The notes under the pieces were generated by a model. It saw nothing but the letters and a program-made list of their open reading frames with translations, made no database searches and was not told the DNA's origin. Positions 45,958 through 55,872 of a stretch of 64,000 nt of DNA are shown one piece after another. The position numbers were made by a program, and so were the translations under genes. Every line of letters starts with the position of its first letter. The stretch's first letter is position 1. Source of the DNA: Bacteroidia bacterium (lineage in GTDB: Bacteria; Bacteroidota; Bacteroidia; NS11-12g; UBA9320); NCBI GenBank assembly GCA_965216465.1, contig CBDCFW010000005.1, positions 672,001 to 736,000 on the forward strand, read 5' to 3'.

Positions 45958-48885
45958 ATGAAAAAGTTAATATTTACAATGATTATTAGTTTCACGCTTG
46001 CATTTGGAAGCACAAACTCAGCATTTGCCCAAGTAAAAATTGGAGCAAATCCCGACACCATTCACAGCAATATAATTCTCGAGTTAGAGAGTACAAGCAA
46101 GGGTGTATTGCTTCCTCGAATGACAAGTTCAGAAGCATTGGCAATCACCAATCCACCTGATGGAATGTTATTGTACAGCACAACTGACAGTGGATTCTAC
46201 TATTACCACAACAACAATTGGTATGGGTTTATTCAAAAATTACGACTCGACTCCGACACCTTATCTATAAGTGACAAAGAAGGATACATCATATTACCTG
46301 ATGCCGATAGCACAAACGAGTTGCAAACATTATCCATTGATAACGACACAATCTTCTTATCTTCAGGAGGTTATGTTGAATTATTAGATAATGATGCGAC
46401 AAATGAAATTCAGACCATCAGTCTGCAAAACGACACGATTTTTCTATCTGATGGAGGAAGAATTGCACTGCTTGACAACGATAGTACTAACGAGATTCAG
46501 ACCATTAGCTTAGTGAATGACAGCATCTTTTTAACCGATGGAGGAGCCATTTCGCTAACTGATTTTGCTAAGGAAATCAATGATCTACTTGATGCTATTT
46601 CAGATAACACGAACATCTTTTTAGGAGATAGTTCTGGGACCAACAATACAGGAAGCCACAATACCGCCACTGGACTTTATGCCCTATATAGTAATACCGG
46701 CGGAAACAGTAACACGGCCGTTGGATATGAAGCTTCACGTGCAAATACGATCGGAATAATGAACACCGTGACTGGATTTCAAGCGATGTACAAAAACTTC
46801 TCTGGGAACAACAATACAGCTACTGGAAGTCAAGCTATGTACGAAAACACTACGGGATCAGAAAACACTTCAGTAGGTTACCAGTCGATGTACAACAACA
46901 CTATCGGAACTCAGAATAGTGCCGTTGGTACCTATGCACTTTACAGCAATACAGATGGTGCAAAAAATACAGCGGTGGGATACTCATCAATGGGATATAA
47001 TACCACTGCCGACAACAATACTGCTCTTGGACATAAATCGTTAGGATCTAATACGATTGGAAGCAACAACAGTGCCGTTGGAACCGATGCCTTGAACAAG
47101 AATACACAAGGGGGAAACAACTCTGCATTTGGTGCAGATGCCATGTTTAGTAATCTTATTGGACTTGATAATGTAGCACTTGGTAATTCTGCCCTGTACA
47201 GCAATGAGTATGGCTCAAATAACGTAGCAGTTGGTAGCGAAGCTATTTACAATGGATCAGCGGCGAGTAGAAATACTGCAGTTGGCCATAACTCGATGCG
47301 AGCAATCACTACGGGAGGTTATAACACAGCTCAAGGATATCGCTCGTTATACTCAAATACTACAGGTCACCGAAATGTGGCAAGTGGCTACGAAAGCGTG
47401 TATAGCAATACAACAGGTCAACATAACACAGGATCAGGCTACAGAGCGCTTTATTCAAACGTTGATGGCGATTCAAATACAGCAGTTGGTACTCGATCTC
47501 TATATACCAACTCGTCAGGTACGGGAAATACCGCTGTTGGTGCCAATGCCTTACAGACGAACAACGAAAGCTACAACTCTGCTTTTGGTTATAACGCGCT
47601 GAAATCTAATACAATTGGTGAAGGAAACACCGCGGTTGGCGCACACACACTTCAAACCATCACTTATGCTGATTATCTAACAGCAGTTGGATATGGAGCA
47701 TTGAAAGAAAACACTACAGGATATCGAAATGTGGCAATAGGTTACGAAGCAATGACTTCTAATACCACTGGAAATTCGAATGCTGTAGTTGGTTTTAAAG
47801 CCTTAACCTCAGCCACAGGATCTGAAGGGAATGCTGTTCTTGGAGGATATGCTATGTATTCAAACGTATCGGGGTCTTACAATACTTCTGTAGGAATGAG
47901 TAGTTTATATACCAATTACAACGGCTGGAATAATACAGCAATTGGATGCCAAGCCATGTATTACAACTTTGGAGGAGACAATAATGTTGCGATGGGATAC
48001 CAAACTCTGATGTCGAACACGGGCGACTACAATACTGCAGTGGGTGTACACGCCCTTAGAAATAGTGGTAACAAAGAATTCAACTCTGCGTTTGGTTATG
48101 ATGCACTTAAAGGAAACGATGGTGATGGTAATACCGCCATGGGATATAAAGCACTTGAAGACAATGAAGGTGATCATAACACCAGTATTGGTATATATTC
48201 GATGCAAGCAAACACCACAGGTAAGTTTACAGTTGCAGTGGGTTATAAAGCTGGCGACGAAAGCACAAACAACCGCTACTCGGCTTATTTAGGAGCTGCT
48301 GCTGATAATTCCACTGCTTCTAGCTACCAGCACGTGGTTGCTGTAGGTTATGGAACAAAAACAACAGCCAGTTATCAGGTTCGTATTGGTAATAGTCAGA
48401 TCACCTCGATTGGTGGACAAGTAGGATGGACAACATTAAGTGATGGTCGATTCAAAGAAGGTATCGAAGAAGATGTTGTTGGAACCGATTTCATCATGAA
48501 GTTAAAGCCGATTACTTATTATGTAAATACCGATAAGGTAGATGAGTATTTGAATACAGAAACTCCAGAAAAAAGATCCTACAAAGTTCGTCAGTCTGGT
48601 TTTATCGCGCAAGACGTTGAAGCTGCGGCAAAAGCCAGCGGATATGACTTCAGCGGTGTTGATACCCCGCAAAATGAAAACGACTATTACGGTTTGAGAT
48701 ACTCAGAATTTGTAGTGCCGTTGGTAAAAACGGTGCAAGAGCAACAAGCTTTAATCGAACAACTTAATTCATCAAAGCAAAATCAAGAACTTGTAATTCA
48801 AGAAATGCAATCTCAACTCGATGGGCTAAAAAAGGCTCAAGAAGAGATGCACGAAGCTATGCTACTCCTAAAAGAGTCGCTTTAA
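45958..48885 (+). CDS. Tail-fibre-like trimeric adhesin with peptidase S74 autochaperone domain
   Basis: Signal peptide; KGVLLPRMT; TNEIQT repeats; many NTAxGxxAL beta-roll repeats; SDGRFK...GFIAQDVE...YGLRYSEFVVPLVK plus coiled coil. Confidence 0.9.
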   Translation: MKKLIFTMIISFTLAFGSTNSAFAQVKIGANPDTIHSNIILELESTSKGVLLPRMTSSEALAITNPPDGMLLYSTTDSGFYYYHNNNWYGFIQKLRLDSDTLSISDKEGYIILPDADSTNELQTLSIDNDTIFLSSGGYVELLDNDATNEIQTISLQNDTIFLSDGGRIALLDNDSTNEIQTISLVNDSIFLTDGGAISLTDFAKEINDLLDAISDNTNIFLGDSSGTNNTGSHNTATGLYALYSNTGGNSNTAVGYEASRANTIGIMNTVTGFQAMYKNFSGNNNTATGSQAMYENTTGSENTSVGYQSMYNNTIGTQNSAVGTYALYSNTDGAKNTAVGYSSMGYNTTADNNTALGHKSLGSNTIGSNNSAVGTDALNKNTQGGNNSAFGADAMFSNLIGLDNVALGNSALYSNEYGSNNVAVGSEAIYNGSAASRNTAVGHNSMRAITTGGYNTAQGYRSLYSNTTGHRNVASGYESVYSNTTGQHNTGSGYRALYSNVDGDSNTAVGTRSLYTNSSGTGNTAVGANALQTNNESYNSAFGYNALKSNTIGEGNTAVGAHTLQTITYADYLTAVGYGALKENTTGYRNVAIGYEAMTSNTTGNSNAVVGFKALTSATGSEGNAVLGGYAMYSNVSGSYNTSVGMSSLYTNYNGWNNTAIGCQAMYYNFGGDNNVAMGYQTLMSNTGDYNTAVGVHALRNSGNKEFNSAFGYDALKGNDGDGNTAMGYKALEDNEGDHNTSIGIYSMQANTTGKFTVAVGYKAGDESTNNRYSAYLGAAADNSTASSYQHVVAVGYGTKTTASYQVRIGNSQITSIGGQVGWTTLSDGRFKEGIEEDVVGTDFIMKLKPITYYVNTDKVDEYLNTETPEKRSYKVRQSGFIAQDVEAAAKASGYDFSGVDTPQNENDYYGLRYSEFVVPLVKTVQEQQALIEQLNSSKQNQELVIQEMQSQLDGLKKAQEEMHEAMLLLKESL

Positions 48886-48901
48886 TAGCAATGGACATAC
48901 A

Positions 48902-48930
48902 AAAATCCCGCTAACTGCGGGATTTTCTTT
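48902..48930 (+). terminator. Intrinsic terminator
   Basis: AAAATCCCGC-TAACT-GCGGGATTTT. Confidence 0.8.
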
Positions 48931-49024
48931 GTTTTATTCTGGTGGAGATTTGTCGCTTATCCCATCCAAAAGCACAACACTTTGACATTTAATTTGTTAA
49001 AAAAATACGCTAAATTGTGACTTG

Positions 49025-49933
49025 ATGGATCGCAAGCGATTTATAAAATCAACCTTAACGTTAGGACTTATGGCTTTTACCAATCCACTTAAAGCACTCT
49101 CAGATAGACTCAATGAGCAAGAAGAAATCATGCCTGCATTTTTTATTGGTCATGGAAGTCCAACTAATGCTCTGGAAGATAATGAGTTTACTCAAAGCTG
49201 GCGATCCTTAGGAAAGCAGCTACCAATCCCTAAAGCGGTATTGTGTATTTCAGCTCATTGGTTAACACGAGGCACACATGTTACGGCCATGGAATCTCCT
49301 AAAACTATCCATGACTTTGGAGGATTTGGACCCGACTTATTTGCCGCCCAATATCCAGCTCCTGGAAGTCCAAAATTCGCAAAAGAGACACAAGAAATAA
49401 TTACTTCAACTGAGATTGGATTAGATCACGACTGGGGACTCGACCATGGAACATGGAGTATCTTAAAGCAGATGTATCCTGAAGCGAACATTCCAGTATA
49501 TCAGCTAAGCATTGATTATCATCAAAGTCCACAATATCACTACAACCTCAGTAAAGAGTTGGTTAAACTTCGTAACAAAGGCGTGCTGATTATAGGAAGT
49601 GGAAACATGGTACACAACCTGAGATTGGTTGATCCATCAAAAGGTTTTGCACCCGACAAAGAAGGTAAAATTCCAGAGTATGGATTTGATTGGGCGGAAG
49701 AGTTCAACACCATCCTCAAAACAAATATTCAAGCTAGAGATTATCAAGCTGCAGTTGACTACAGCAATTTAGGAAGTATTGCGAAGCTTGCACATCCAAC
49801 ACCAGACCACTATTACCCTTTACTTTACTCCCTAGGTGTGGCACTGCCCGATGAACCCATTTCATTTTTTAACGACAAATGCATGGCAGGGTCATTAAGT
49901 ATGACTTCAATTCAATTTGGAGGAAAAGCTTAG
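49025..49933 (+). CDS. ygiD: 4,5-DOPA extradiol dioxygenase family
   Basis: FIGHGSP, ISAHW, HDFGGF, GLDHGTW, GSGNMVHNL, PTPDHYYP. Confidence 0.9.
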   Translation: MDRKRFIKSTLTLGLMAFTNPLKALSDRLNEQEEIMPAFFIGHGSPTNALEDNEFTQSWRSLGKQLPIPKAVLCISAHWLTRGTHVTAMESPKTIHDFGGFGPDLFAAQYPAPGSPKFAKETQEIITSTEIGLDHDWGLDHGTWSILKQMYPEANIPVYQLSIDYHQSPQYHYNLSKELVKLRNKGVLIIGSGNMVHNLRLVDPSKGFAPDKEGKIPEYGFDWAEEFNTILKTNIQARDYQAAVDYSNLGSIAKLAHPTPDHYYPLLYSLGVALPDEPISFFNDKCMAGSLSMTSIQFGGKA

Positions 49934-50619
49934 AATGAAATTTCTCGTTTATCGCGAAAAAAGCGACCGGTTGGGCCATCACTATCCAATGTTGCAGCCC
50001 ATACAATGGTTTCTGCACCTTTTTCTACCGAACGTGTTGCTGCGGACCCTCCCATATCGGTACGTACCCAGCCTGGACAAACTGAATTAACCAAGATGCC
50101 TTTTGACCTCAGTTCGGCTGCAGCTTTAATTGTTAAAACATTCATGGCCGTTTTAGACATGCTATATCCAGGTGTTCCTCCCGACATGCCCTGAATGGCA
50201 CCTGCCCCACTACTCACGTTTACAATTCTTCCATTTCCTGAGAGCTCTAATAGCGAACCAAAGCTTTGAATCATTGCCCACGCTCCAAGCACGTTGGTCT
50301 CAAGAGTTTGTCTGATTTCGTTTAAATCAGAATTTAAAACGGTGTTCCAGGTATCATAATTTATACCAGCATTATTTACAAGTACATTGAGTTGACCAAA
50401 TCTAGCTCTTATGAACTCAGCCAGCTTTTGCACACTAGCTTTGCTTGAAACATCAAGTTCGTGCACAATTACATTATCGGGATTGCCTATATCAGCCTTG
50501 GCCTGCTCTCCATTCAATTGATTCCGGCTTCCAAGAATTACGGTGTAGCCCAGCAAGGCCAGTTGTCTAGTTACTTCTAAACCAATACCCCTGTTGGCCC
50601 CTGTGACAATTGCAATCAT
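49930..50619 (-). CDS. SDR oxidoreductase (carbonyl reductase-like)
   Basis: TGANRGIG, NNAG, YSMSK, CPGWVRTDMGG. Confidence 0.92.
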   Translation of the reverse strand: MIAIVTGANRGIGLEVTRQLALLGYTVILGSRNQLNGEQAKADIGNPDNVIVHELDVSSKASVQKLAEFIRARFGQLNVLVNNAGINYDTWNTVLNSDLNEIRQTLETNVLGAWAMIQSFGSLLELSGNGRIVNVSSGAGAIQGMSGGTPGYSMSKTAMNVLTIKAAAELRSKGILVNSVCPGWVRTDMGGSAATRSVEKGAETIVWAATLDSDGPTGRFFRDKREISF

Positions 50620-50675
50620 AGCTGCAATATACACCTAACCATATGTGAAACTCAGAATGAGGTCTTAAAACGAGG

Positions 50676-51116
50676 TTAAAGTGTAAGCTTACAATTCCAC
50701 TCTTCTCCAGAAATTGAAGCTCCTAAAGATTTATAAAAGCCTTGTGCCTTTACATTCCAATCGGTGACTTGCCATTTTAAAGATTTTGCTTCAATATGCC
50801 TTCCTTGTTCTATTATTCGATTTAGTAAAGCTGTGCCTACTCCTTGAGCTCGACTTGCCTCTTGAACAAATAGATCATCCATATAAATTGAAGTACCACT
50901 CCACGTATGGTAGGTATAGAAATAGGTTGCATAGCCTATCAACTTTCCATCTTGTTTGGCCACGAAGCCCTTAAACATATCCTTCTCCTTTTTCATTAAT
51001 TCAACCGTATTCTTCATGTGGTCAGAAAGATTTAGGTAATCTGCGAATTCTTGAATAAGTGCGTGCAGCTCTTCGAAGTCCTCGACTCCAAGAACATCAA
51101 TGGATACATTAGTCAT
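50676..51116 (-). CDS. GNAT acetyltransferase (SSAT-like)
   Basis: YHTWSG, YMDDLFV, RAQGVG, VTDWN, FYKSLG. Confidence 0.9.
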   Translation of the reverse strand: MTNVSIDVLGVEDFEELHALIQEFADYLNLSDHMKNTVELMKKEKDMFKGFVAKQDGKLIGYATYFYTYHTWSGTSIYMDDLFVQEASRAQGVGTALLNRIIEQGRHIEAKSLKWQVTDWNVKAQGFYKSLGASISGEEWNCKLTL

Positions 51117-51169
51117 TGTGATTTGAAACCACAATGATAGGATTTTCCACTACTAAACCTTAACTAGGC

Positions 51170-52165
51170 CTAGTGCTTTATAATCTTTTTGCTAAAGATA
51201 CTCCCGTTACTTTCAATGCTGACAATATACATGCCTGAAGAAAGCGTTGAAATATCCATTTTGAGTTGTCCACTGGCAGCTTTCGTCTGCAATACTCTCC
51301 CTGAAAAGTCTGAAAGAAAAACTGTTGACTTAAGGTCTAATGGAGTATCTACATAAACTACATCTTGAGCTGGATTCGGATAAACCGAAATGTTTTTCTG
51401 AGTTAATTCATCTATCGACGCAGTTTGACCCGAAGCTTCTTCAGACGATTGCACCTGTTCAATAGATTTAGTTGAACTGTTTTGAACGATGGCTAGTGCG
51501 TACATTCTTTGTGCATCCCAATCCTGATGGTTTACTGTACGAGCGAAGATTACCAGTGAGTCTCCAGGTTGAGGAAGGTTAATTGCTTCATCAATCATTG
51601 TATTTCGGTATACATTATAATGACGATTTTCTCCATTTGGTGCGTTATAAAACACCGTATCTTCAACTGAAAAAATTGTCAAGTTAAGGTCTGATAGACT
51701 GTGAGATTCAGTAGCTTTAATTATAGCACGAACCACGAGCGAATCATTTCCTTTTTTGATAGTATTTAAAGTTATACCTACAGGCGTAGTTTCTCCCTGT
51801 TCTGATGTATACAAACTAGATGATCCAAAATTTACACCCCCTGACTGAACCTTTCCTTGTACAACAACACGAGGAGTAGCTCCATAAATTCCATAATAAT
51901 TGGTTCTATCGTCGTTGCCTGATTTATTGTGTTGATTGAGCAAGCAAGAAGAATATGGGCTGCTTGGATGGTACGAGATATGGTACACTTCAGATGCCGA
52001 TGCTAAGTTTTGATGTAAGCTAGGGTTTTTGCTCCCGCAAATTCCGCATCGCGTATTGGTAAAGTGTTCAACTATAACATTTCTCTCGGTTTGTGAATAA
52101 GCCGCTTCAACAAAAGCTAGCATGGAGAGTGTTAAAATGATCTTGGTGATTTTTTGCATATTCAT
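51170..52165 (-). CDS. Omp28-related thioredoxin-fold T9SS cargo
   Basis: VEHFTNTRCGIC, YYGIYGATP, HYNVYR; VYPNPA CTD. Confidence 0.85.
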   Translation of the reverse strand: MNMQKITKIILTLSMLAFVEAAYSQTERNVIVEHFTNTRCGICGSKNPSLHQNLASASEVYHISYHPSSPYSSCLLNQHNKSGNDDRTNYYGIYGATPRVVVQGKVQSGGVNFGSSSLYTSEQGETTPVGITLNTIKKGNDSLVVRAIIKATESHSLSDLNLTIFSVEDTVFYNAPNGENRHYNVYRNTMIDEAINLPQPGDSLVIFARTVNHQDWDAQRMYALAIVQNSSTKSIEQVQSSEEASGQTASIDELTQKNISVYPNPAQDVVYVDTPLDLKSTVFLSDFSGRVLQTKAASGQLKMDISTLSSGMYIVSIESNGSIFSKKIIKH

Positions 52166-52360
52166 ATAAAGGATTTACTAGTATTTATCGAGTAAGGTTG
52201 CCAATCATTACAGATAGTAGAAGAAGATTTGTTTGTGCAATGTCATTTCCATAGTGATAAACAAACTTCAAGTAGTTTTTGATTTATACACATATTCAAC
52301 ATCGTTAATAACGATATAAATCAATTCACTAATTTCGTAGAACATCATAACCAATTAGCA

Positions 52361-52401
52361 TCTTAAACCCTCATTAACCCTCATTAACCCTCATTAACCC
52401 C
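52361..52401 (+). repeat. Tandem repeat (TCATTAACCC)x3 plus one degenerate copy
   Basis: TCTTAAACCC then three exact copies at 52371-52400, 7 nt before ATG 52408. Confidence 0.95.
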
Positions 52402-52407
52402 TGAAGG

Positions 52408-53148
52408 ATGGCAAAAAACACAGTGGTTGTTATAGAAGACAATCCAGAAATACGAGACACAATCAAAGACCTCTTAGAATCGAGTGATTACAATGTACAT
52501 ACTGCAGCAGACGGTATTGAAGGACTTAATTTGATTCGAAGCGAGAGTCCAGATGTTGTTTTGTGCGACATTATGATGCCAAAAATGAATGGCCACGAAA
52601 TGGTTAAGCAATTGAGAGCGGATGTAAATTTAAGACACACACCGGTAATTTTTGTTACCGCTAAAGTTGCTTTAGATGAAAAGCTTGAAGGATTAGAACT
52701 TGGTGCTAACGACTACATTACAAAACCTTTTGAGTTACAGGAGTTGTTGCTAAAAATTAAGAATACCGTCTCATTGCGAGATGCCACCTTAAATTTTGTT
52801 AGATCGAAACCTCAAGAAGTTGAAGTTCTATCAAAAGATGAGCGTTTAATTATTCAACTTAATTCCATCATCGAAAGTAGAATTAAGGAAACAGGACTGG
52901 GATTGAATGATTTAGCTGCTGACCTTAAAATCAGTACTTCGTCGCTACAGAAAAAATTAAGAAAAATTAGCGACAAGTCTGTGAGTCAGTACTTACGAGA
53001 ATACCGGTTGGATCGAGCCAAAAATCTGCTTGATTCTAATTTTGGCACTTTGAAGGAAATCACTGCTGAGTGCGGTTTTAAGAACGTAAGTTATTTCTCT
53101 CGCAGCTATAAAGCCTATTTCGGTCATTCACCAAAAAGAGGATTATAA
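52408..53148 (+). CDS. REC-AraC response regulator
   Basis: VVVIEDN, CDIMMP, GANDYITKPF; C-terminal AraC HTH. Confidence 0.92.
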   Translation: MAKNTVVVIEDNPEIRDTIKDLLESSDYNVHTAADGIEGLNLIRSESPDVVLCDIMMPKMNGHEMVKQLRADVNLRHTPVIFVTAKVALDEKLEGLELGANDYITKPFELQELLLKIKNTVSLRDATLNFVRSKPQEVEVLSKDERLIIQLNSIIESRIKETGLGLNDLAADLKISTSSLQKKLRKISDKSVSQYLREYRLDRAKNLLDSNFGTLKEITAECGFKNVSYFSRSYKAYFGHSPKRGL

Positions 53149-53167
53149 ATTAAAATTTAGTCTAAAG

Positions 53168-54679
53168 GTGAGTTCAGATAACCAAAAAAGCAAGCTTAAG
53201 TCAGAGTACTTAGAAGTATTTGACACCATCGACCAGGGAATTGTGTATCAAGCATCAGATGGTCAAATTACCAATGCCAATCAAGCGGCACAAGACATTC
53301 TAGGCTTGACTCTTGATCAAATGCAAGGCCGTGATTCGATGCATCCAGAATGGAAATCGATACATGAAGACGGTTCAGACTACCCTGGAAGCTCTCACCC
53401 CGCAATGGTGGCTCTTGAGACCGGCGAGGTGATTAAAAATAAAATTATGGGTGTATATCACCCAGAGAAGGACCAGCATGTTTGGATTAAAGTAAACTCT
53501 TATCCACTGTTTGATGAAGACAAGAAAACAGCTTCGGGAGTATACACTACATTTACGAATATTACAGCTGAGTACAACAGCACAAAAGCGCTTGAAGAAA
53601 GTGAATCTAAATTCAGGGTTCTGTTTGATAATGCCTATCAATTTATTGGGCTAATGGGACCAGATGGTACGATGCTCGATGCCAATAAAACTGGTTTGCA
53701 ATTTTTAGGAGTCGAAAGAGAAGCTGCGATTGGTGCTAAACTTTGGGAAACACCAGAATATGCATTAACTGAAAAAATTCAGAAAAAGATTCAAAATGCA
53801 GTAGCAATGGCCGCTAAAGGTCAATTCATTCGGTTCGATTTCAATTTAAAAGGTATTGACGGAACTAAAATTACTTTGGACTTCTCATTGAGGCCGGTGA
53901 TGGATGAAAACAACAATGTAATACTTTTAATCCCTGAAGGAAGAGATATTACAAAGAGGGTCCGTCTAGAGAAGGCGCTTCAGATGGAGAAAGAACTGAA
54001 CGCCATGCAAGCCCATTTTGCGATGAGTGCTTCTCATCAGTTTCGAACTCCACTTACAATTATTCAATCAAACACTGAATTACTCAGTCTTTTAAAAACC
54101 AATTTAGATCCTGAATTGCAGGAGAAGTTTGAGCTCTACACCGAGCGAATCACGAATCAAGTAAAGCACACGGTGGGGTTAATGGATGACATTCTTTTGC
54201 TGGGTAAAATCACCTCAGGAGCTATTAGTCCGACCTATGAGGTTTTTGATGTTCAGGCCTTCCTCGAAAGCCTCATTACAGATTTAAACAACACCACCGA
54301 AAAAAATCGAATTCGGTTTAAGGCAACTGGAAAAATTGTGTCAATTCCATTGGACCAAAAACTCTTAACAGAAGCACTTAATAACCTGATTTCTAACGCA
54401 TTAAAATATTCTACAGAAGATGTTAATGTTGAGTTAAAATTCGAAGCTACTCATATGACCATCTGCGTACAAGACTTTGGAATTGGAATCGAAAAATCGG
54501 ACAGAGATAAGCTGTTTCAACCCTTTTTCAGATCGCAAGAAGTTCGTGACTTTAGCGGAACCGGACTGGGTCTAGCGATTGCAAAAGAGTACATCGAGGT
54601 TCAAGGAGGAACCATCAATTTTAAAAGCAGTAAAGAAGAAGGCACTGAATTTATTATTCAATTCAAATACCCATCTTAG
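53168..54679 (+). CDS. Cytoplasmic PAS-PAS histidine kinase
   Basis: Two PAS domains; SHQFRTPLT, NLISNALKY, DFGIGI, GTGLGL; no TM segment. Confidence 0.92.
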   Translation: MSSDNQKSKLKSEYLEVFDTIDQGIVYQASDGQITNANQAAQDILGLTLDQMQGRDSMHPEWKSIHEDGSDYPGSSHPAMVALETGEVIKNKIMGVYHPEKDQHVWIKVNSYPLFDEDKKTASGVYTTFTNITAEYNSTKALEESESKFRVLFDNAYQFIGLMGPDGTMLDANKTGLQFLGVEREAAIGAKLWETPEYALTEKIQKKIQNAVAMAAKGQFIRFDFNLKGIDGTKITLDFSLRPVMDENNNVILLIPEGRDITKRVRLEKALQMEKELNAMQAHFAMSASHQFRTPLTIIQSNTELLSLLKTNLDPELQEKFELYTERITNQVKHTVGLMDDILLLGKITSGAISPTYEVFDVQAFLESLITDLNNTTEKNRIRFKATGKIVSIPLDQKLLTEALNNLISNALKYSTEDVNVELKFEATHMTICVQDFGIGIEKSDRDKLFQPFFRSQEVRDFSGTGLGLAIAKEYIEVQGGTINFKSSKEEGTEFIIQFKYPS

Positions 54680-54682
54680 CTA

Positions 54683-55648
54683 TTAGAATAGGATAACCTT
54701 TTCTGTTCCTAAAAGCTCTCTTTTTCTATAGATGACAACCATATACATTCCAGACAATTTTGGATCGAGTATAAGGTTTTGATGACCACACTGGCCACGC
54801 AATACAAGATTGCCAGCAAGGTTGTATAACTCAATTTCTATATCATCCCCATCAACAGAACTAACCTCAATTTGAGCAGGTGTCTGTACAATGGCATAAG
54901 GCAGTGCCCGATCTTTTTCCAGAACTACGACGTCTGAATAGGAGGATTTTCCGTCAAAGTCCACTTGTTTGATCCTCATCAACAGAGTCGATTCGTTTTG
55001 CAATTCAAATGGTAGCTCAATCGATTCCCGGTAATTGAGAATAGAATTGGAAGTGCCACTTTCAGCTTGTGATTTCACTTCTTTAACCGCTACAAACTCC
55101 GAAGTTTGCTTACTGAGTTCAACTACAAAGTGGCTATTGTTTAACTCGGTGGCTGTTGACCAATTCAACGAAATCAAGTGATTATTGACTTCCGCATCAA
55201 CATTTACCCACGATACAGGTAAAAAAGTATGAGGTTGAAAACCAGAAGAAGTGTTTGTAGCAATTTGTGGCCCAGTTACGCTAAAGCTTCCATTGATGCT
55301 TGTTCCATTGTTAAAACGAAAAGAGGAGCCTGAATTTCCACCCGTTATGGCTCCTCCATTGTGAACTAGCACAACGCCATTGTTCGTAAGATCAATCTTT
55401 TTTCCGTTGCCAAATTGCAATGTCCCTTGTACGTGTAAAGTATCAATCAAAGCCGTTCCGCTCACATTACAAGTGATGGTATGACCCGCTTGAATTACAT
55501 AAATAGTTGGAGTTCCGGACCCACTGCTTGTGAAAGAAGTAGACCAATTTCCGTTGCCATTAGATGTGAAAGTAGTTTGAGCTTGAGCATTAAATAACCC
55601 CAAAAAAGCCCATAAAAAAATACAAATAGTAGTAGTAGTTTCTCGCAT
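54683..55648 (-). CDS. Secreted protein with Ig-like module and divergent T9SS CTD
   Basis: Signal peptide; LPVSW...WSTATELNNSHF...RIKQVDFDG; LYNLAG...SGMYMV tail without YPNP. Confidence 0.75.
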   Translation of the reverse strand: MRETTTTICIFLWAFLGLFNAQAQTTFTSNGNGNWSTSFTSSGSGTPTIYVIQAGHTITCNVSGTALIDTLHVQGTLQFGNGKKIDLTNNGVVLVHNGGAITGGNSGSSFRFNNGTSINGSFSVTGPQIATNTSSGFQPHTFLPVSWVNVDAEVNNHLISLNWSTATELNNSHFVVELSKQTSEFVAVKEVKSQAESGTSNSILNYRESIELPFELQNESTLLMRIKQVDFDGKSSYSDVVVLEKDRALPYAIVQTPAQIEVSSVDGDDIEIELYNLAGNLVLRGQCGHQNLILDPKLSGMYMVVIYRKRELLGTEKVILF

Positions 55649-55872
55649 GTTCTAAATAATTAACCCCCAACAGAACACCCCCAGTGTCTTAATAGGATAT
55701 GCAAATATATGTACTTTTTATATCTTTTTACATATTTTCATGCATTAATTACGTATTTGTTCATATTAACTACCTTTATCTTTAATATTTATTTATGTCA
55801 TCTAGGTTGATTTTTAAGGTCTATCTTGAGCTTAGATGAGTGAAATAGATTGATTATCTTCGAAGGCCAAAA

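Noticed and set aside
46640-48300. Nucleotide periodicity as a DGR template/variable region or array
   Set aside because: Explained by degenerate protein repeats (NTAxG); no reverse transcriptase or adenine-specific repeat pair seen
45958-48885. Prophage suggested by the S74 tail-fibre domain
   Set aside because: The protein has a Sec signal and no other phage genes are present
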